From Schmidtea polychroa (lineage: Eukaryota), in NCBI GenBank assembly GCA_044892525.1, contig CM097885.1, positions 222,828,001-222,892,000 on the forward strand: DNA of 64,000 nt, in the 5' to 3' direction. How positions within the stretch are numbered: the first letter of the stretch is position 1; the number at the start of each line of letters is the position of its first letter. Under the pieces are notes generated by a model. That model searched no databases. It was not told where the DNA came from and saw only the letters and a list, made by a program, of their open reading frames with translations. The translations under genes and the position numbers were made by a program. Of the stretch, positions 60,901-64,000 are shown piece after piece.

Positions 60901-63289
60901 GAAAATAAATCCAATACTCACCCTTGGAACAAATTTTGGATTATTTTCATGGATCTATTTGATGTTACATTAAATTTGAAAACCCAAACAAAAAAATCTT
61001 ATTATCAGGTGCTATATCAAAGTCTGCTGTAATAGAGTTTGTTTTCAATTTCTTATCTGGATTCAGTTTTATTAAGATCTACGACATTTCATTCTGATAC
61101 TTTTCATTTCATCTTGACCTTCATTGTCATCATGAATTTAGCCATGGCACGTGGCCAAAATTTATTAAAACTACTTATTCCAGCAATCACATTAATTGTT
61201 CATTCTTGCAAACAAATACTGAATAAAATAACCAAAGATCAAAAATCTAGATTTACCAAGCTTTATATTCGTTCTTAGATATGTTTTCTATCATATATAC
61301 CTACAAAGGCACAGGTATTTTCAATCTGTCATAATTTAGCTTAAATATTCAAATTCTTGATTGTTTTCTATTTAAAATTCATTTTCTGCCTTTTCATTGA
61401 TTTAAAATTGATTAGATAAAATTTAAAATAAAAATAATTAATAAATGATTTGATAAGTTAGAAGTTTCAAGATTATTAAAAAGAAAAAAGAGAATTTGCA
61501 GCTTTGAAATAATCATCATCGATCGGTATATGGAAATAGTTTGAATTTGGATTCGAAGATTTTGATCCATTTCATTTGAATTATCTACATTTTGATTGGA
61601 ACCTGATTTAATTTCGAAATTAAAGTTTTCCGATATTTTTTAAAAGAAAATTTTTATTGTTTTTGTCAATTTTTTCTATAGTTATTAAGATATTTTTAAT
61701 TGAAATTTCTGCAATCAAAGTGAAACAGATTATTTAGAGCCACAATCCAAAGTCAGTTATTTCATCAAAATGAGCAAATTCTATACATAAATTGTCAAAT
61801 CAAAAATTACATTTTTATCAAATTTCCAAAAAACTCACAAAAATTAAGTTAATAATCAAAAATTTTACACCGTGCTGTCATTTCGCTTCACTATTGTCTA
61901 CCGAAAAATTATTTTAAAGTATCTTTAAAAATATAAATAACAGATTCTATTTAAGTAAATATATTTTTTTAATTGAAAAACAATTTTTTAGGAAGAACAT
62001 TTAGAAATTAAAGTTAAAATTGAAATACAAAATATTAAGTTAAGAATTAATGAAGAGAAAACATTTTGAAAATATTCAGTAATTTAAAATTTTTAATATT
62101 AATTTTATATTTTATTCAATCAATTTTAAATCAATGAAAAGGCAGAAAATTAAATTAAGTAATTATAGTCGGAAAAGTTTTTTTGATTAAAGTAAAAAAT
62201 AAAATAGTATAAATAAAAGTTAAGGTTAATGTTAGTGTTAGGTTTTAGGGTAGTGTTTAGGGTAAAATTTAATGTTAGGTTTTAGGCTAGGGTTTAGGGT
62301 AGTGTTAGGGTTATAGTTTAGGTTAGGGTTAATGTTATTGCTAGGGTTTTGGGTAGTGTTTAGGTTAGGGTTAATGTTAGTGTTAGGTTTTAGGCTAGGG
62401 TTTAGGGTAGTGTTAAGGTTAATGTTAGGGTAAGGATTTAGGTTAAATTGATGCTAGGGTTTAGATTAGTGCTTCCATTTGTATTTGGATTTAAGTAATG
62501 GTCTTTCTTGTTATTTAACTTATTCATGAATTAAAATGCCTCTAGAGTTGTTTATACAATTTAATTTTTATTTTTTCATAAACCTATGAATATAAAGACC
62601 CAAATGAATTTATCAAACAAAATGAGCAAACTTTGGAATATTCTTGCTTGTTTCTTAGGGATTGGAAATGATTAATTTTTATCATCTGCTTGTTTAATAT
62701 TTAATTTATTCTTCCAAGAAACAACCAATTACTTTCTATTATCTTTCTTCCTAATCGATTTGTTAAATGATACTTTTCTCTTTCTAAGTTTTCTCGACCT
62801 TTTCATGTAACATGATTAAATTCAGCAATCTTTTTCTCCTTAAATCGCCATTAATATCTCGCCGTTAATCACTCAATATTTGCCTTTACAATGGCCGCCA
62901 ATATTCAACTTCCCCTTGCATTTCCTTTAATTCATTCTCAATTGATAATTAAAAACTGATAAAAGATTTCACTAACGAGAGATGTAACATTAGAAAAGTC
63001 AGATATGTTGAAAAGTGATCAATCCAGTTATATTATGCACAACTCTACAATGCCAGCAACTCTTGCTGGAGTACTCGGGACAGAAGGCCTTCACCAGCAG
63101 CCACCTCCGATGAAAAAATGTCAAAGTTGTCAACAACAAATCCATAGAAATGCTCCCATTTGCCCATTGTGTAAAGCTAAATCCCGTTCAATCAATCCCA
63201 AGAAACCGAAGAAGAAACCAGTCTCTCCTAATGAGGATAAAGATGAAAATGTTTACGATTATGATTCTTTAAATCATACGAAGAGATAG
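57951..63289 (+). CDS. ZC4H2: Zinc finger C4H2 domain-containing protein, 5 exons (57951-58000, 58042-58213, 58256-58422, 58468-58889, 62994-63289), about 368 aa
   Basis: Coiled coil with [21 protein letters not shown]-terminal [41 protein letters not shown]. All splice phases are compatible. Branch point ACTAAC at 62971. Confidence 0.92.
62224..62465 (+). repeat. Degenerate TTAGGG-like (telomere-like) tandem array in ZC4H2 intron 4
   Basis: Many TTAGGG/TTAGG/CTAGGG/TTAGTG variants with recurring higher-order blocks. Confidence 0.8.
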
Positions 63290-64000
63290 ACAAAATATTT
63301 GTTGTTTTTTGTATTTATTTTTCCATATTAGTTATGATAATTTAGTGAAATTAATTTTTGTTAGAAATTTTTATAACGGTAATTTGTTTATTTGAACTGC
63401 TGTCATAATTAACACTTTTCAATTGATATATCGGAATAATTTGTTTATCAGTCGATATTTTGTTTGATAATTTACACGAATTCTCAAGTGCATGTTTAAT
63501 AATTAAATTTTATATTTACGCTAATAAAACCAAATTCGTATTTATTTTTATTTGAGGTCATTGGACAATTACGTCACACCTAAAATTACCATTTATGGAA
63601 CACTCGACAACCCTATCACTTAGGTTCCATAGACATATCGTGACGTCATTTTATTGTTCATGAAACGGGGGTACCATAATAAAATTACTCATACAATGAT
63701 TGCATACATTCCTCCTGGAATATATTACATTGTATTAAACTGTTCTCTAGCTTTTTGCAGCAGGTTTGTTAGTCATGGAGGTCTAGTTAGAGAATTAGCA
63801 TCGCTGTAGCAGAGAAAAATCACTTGAAAAGCCTGTGCCGAAAATTCGTGAATATTTAAAAAAACATTGACATCTTTATTGATTTATAGTCAATTTTTTA
63901 GTAAATATAATGTCTATTGAAAATGAAAAGGAATCTCAGATAGAAATCAAAAGAAGTTCTTATAATAATAAGATAACGCCAATCAAACATTCTTTTCACG

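Noticed and set aside
59040-61280. GC-richer patches and short ORFs in ZC4H2 intron 4
   Set aside because: Probably TE or LTR fragments, but no termini, TSD or protein motif could be supported.

Overview
AT-rich animal genomic DNA with 41-47 bp mini-introns, many (AT)n tracts and two N gaps. The features suggest a triclad/planarian-like invertebrate (inference). Bases 1-12 kb form a virus-like island. Its first part is a Polinton/Maverick (adintovirus-like) segment: protease N-terminus, core-like proteins, a frameshifted packaging ATPase, a single ORF fusing C2H2 finger, parvovirus-type PLA2 and integrase, and an intact major capsid gene. Next comes a 254-bp unit with Polinton-type AGTAGT...ACTACT ends. 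Last is a decayed Ty3/gypsy element that carries two ubiquitin-like domains before its protease, lacks RT, keeps an intact integrase and ends in an env-like glycoprotein remnant. Three host genes follow. Glycogen phosphorylase lacks the Ser14 arm and several AMP-site residues. An ADAMTSL/punctin-like gene has TSP1, Ig and PLAC domains. ZC4H2 has a ~140-aa insertion and telomere-like repeats in an intron. Introns and intergenic DNA are full of Tigger, mariner, hAT, piggyBac, Harbinger and Penelope remnants. A Buster-type hAT fossil is split by a 3.9-kb TG...CA element with a 4-bp TSD. That element encodes no retro-enzymes but holds an apparently complete spliced gene: TATA, Inr, intron, 250-aa ORF and polyA signal.
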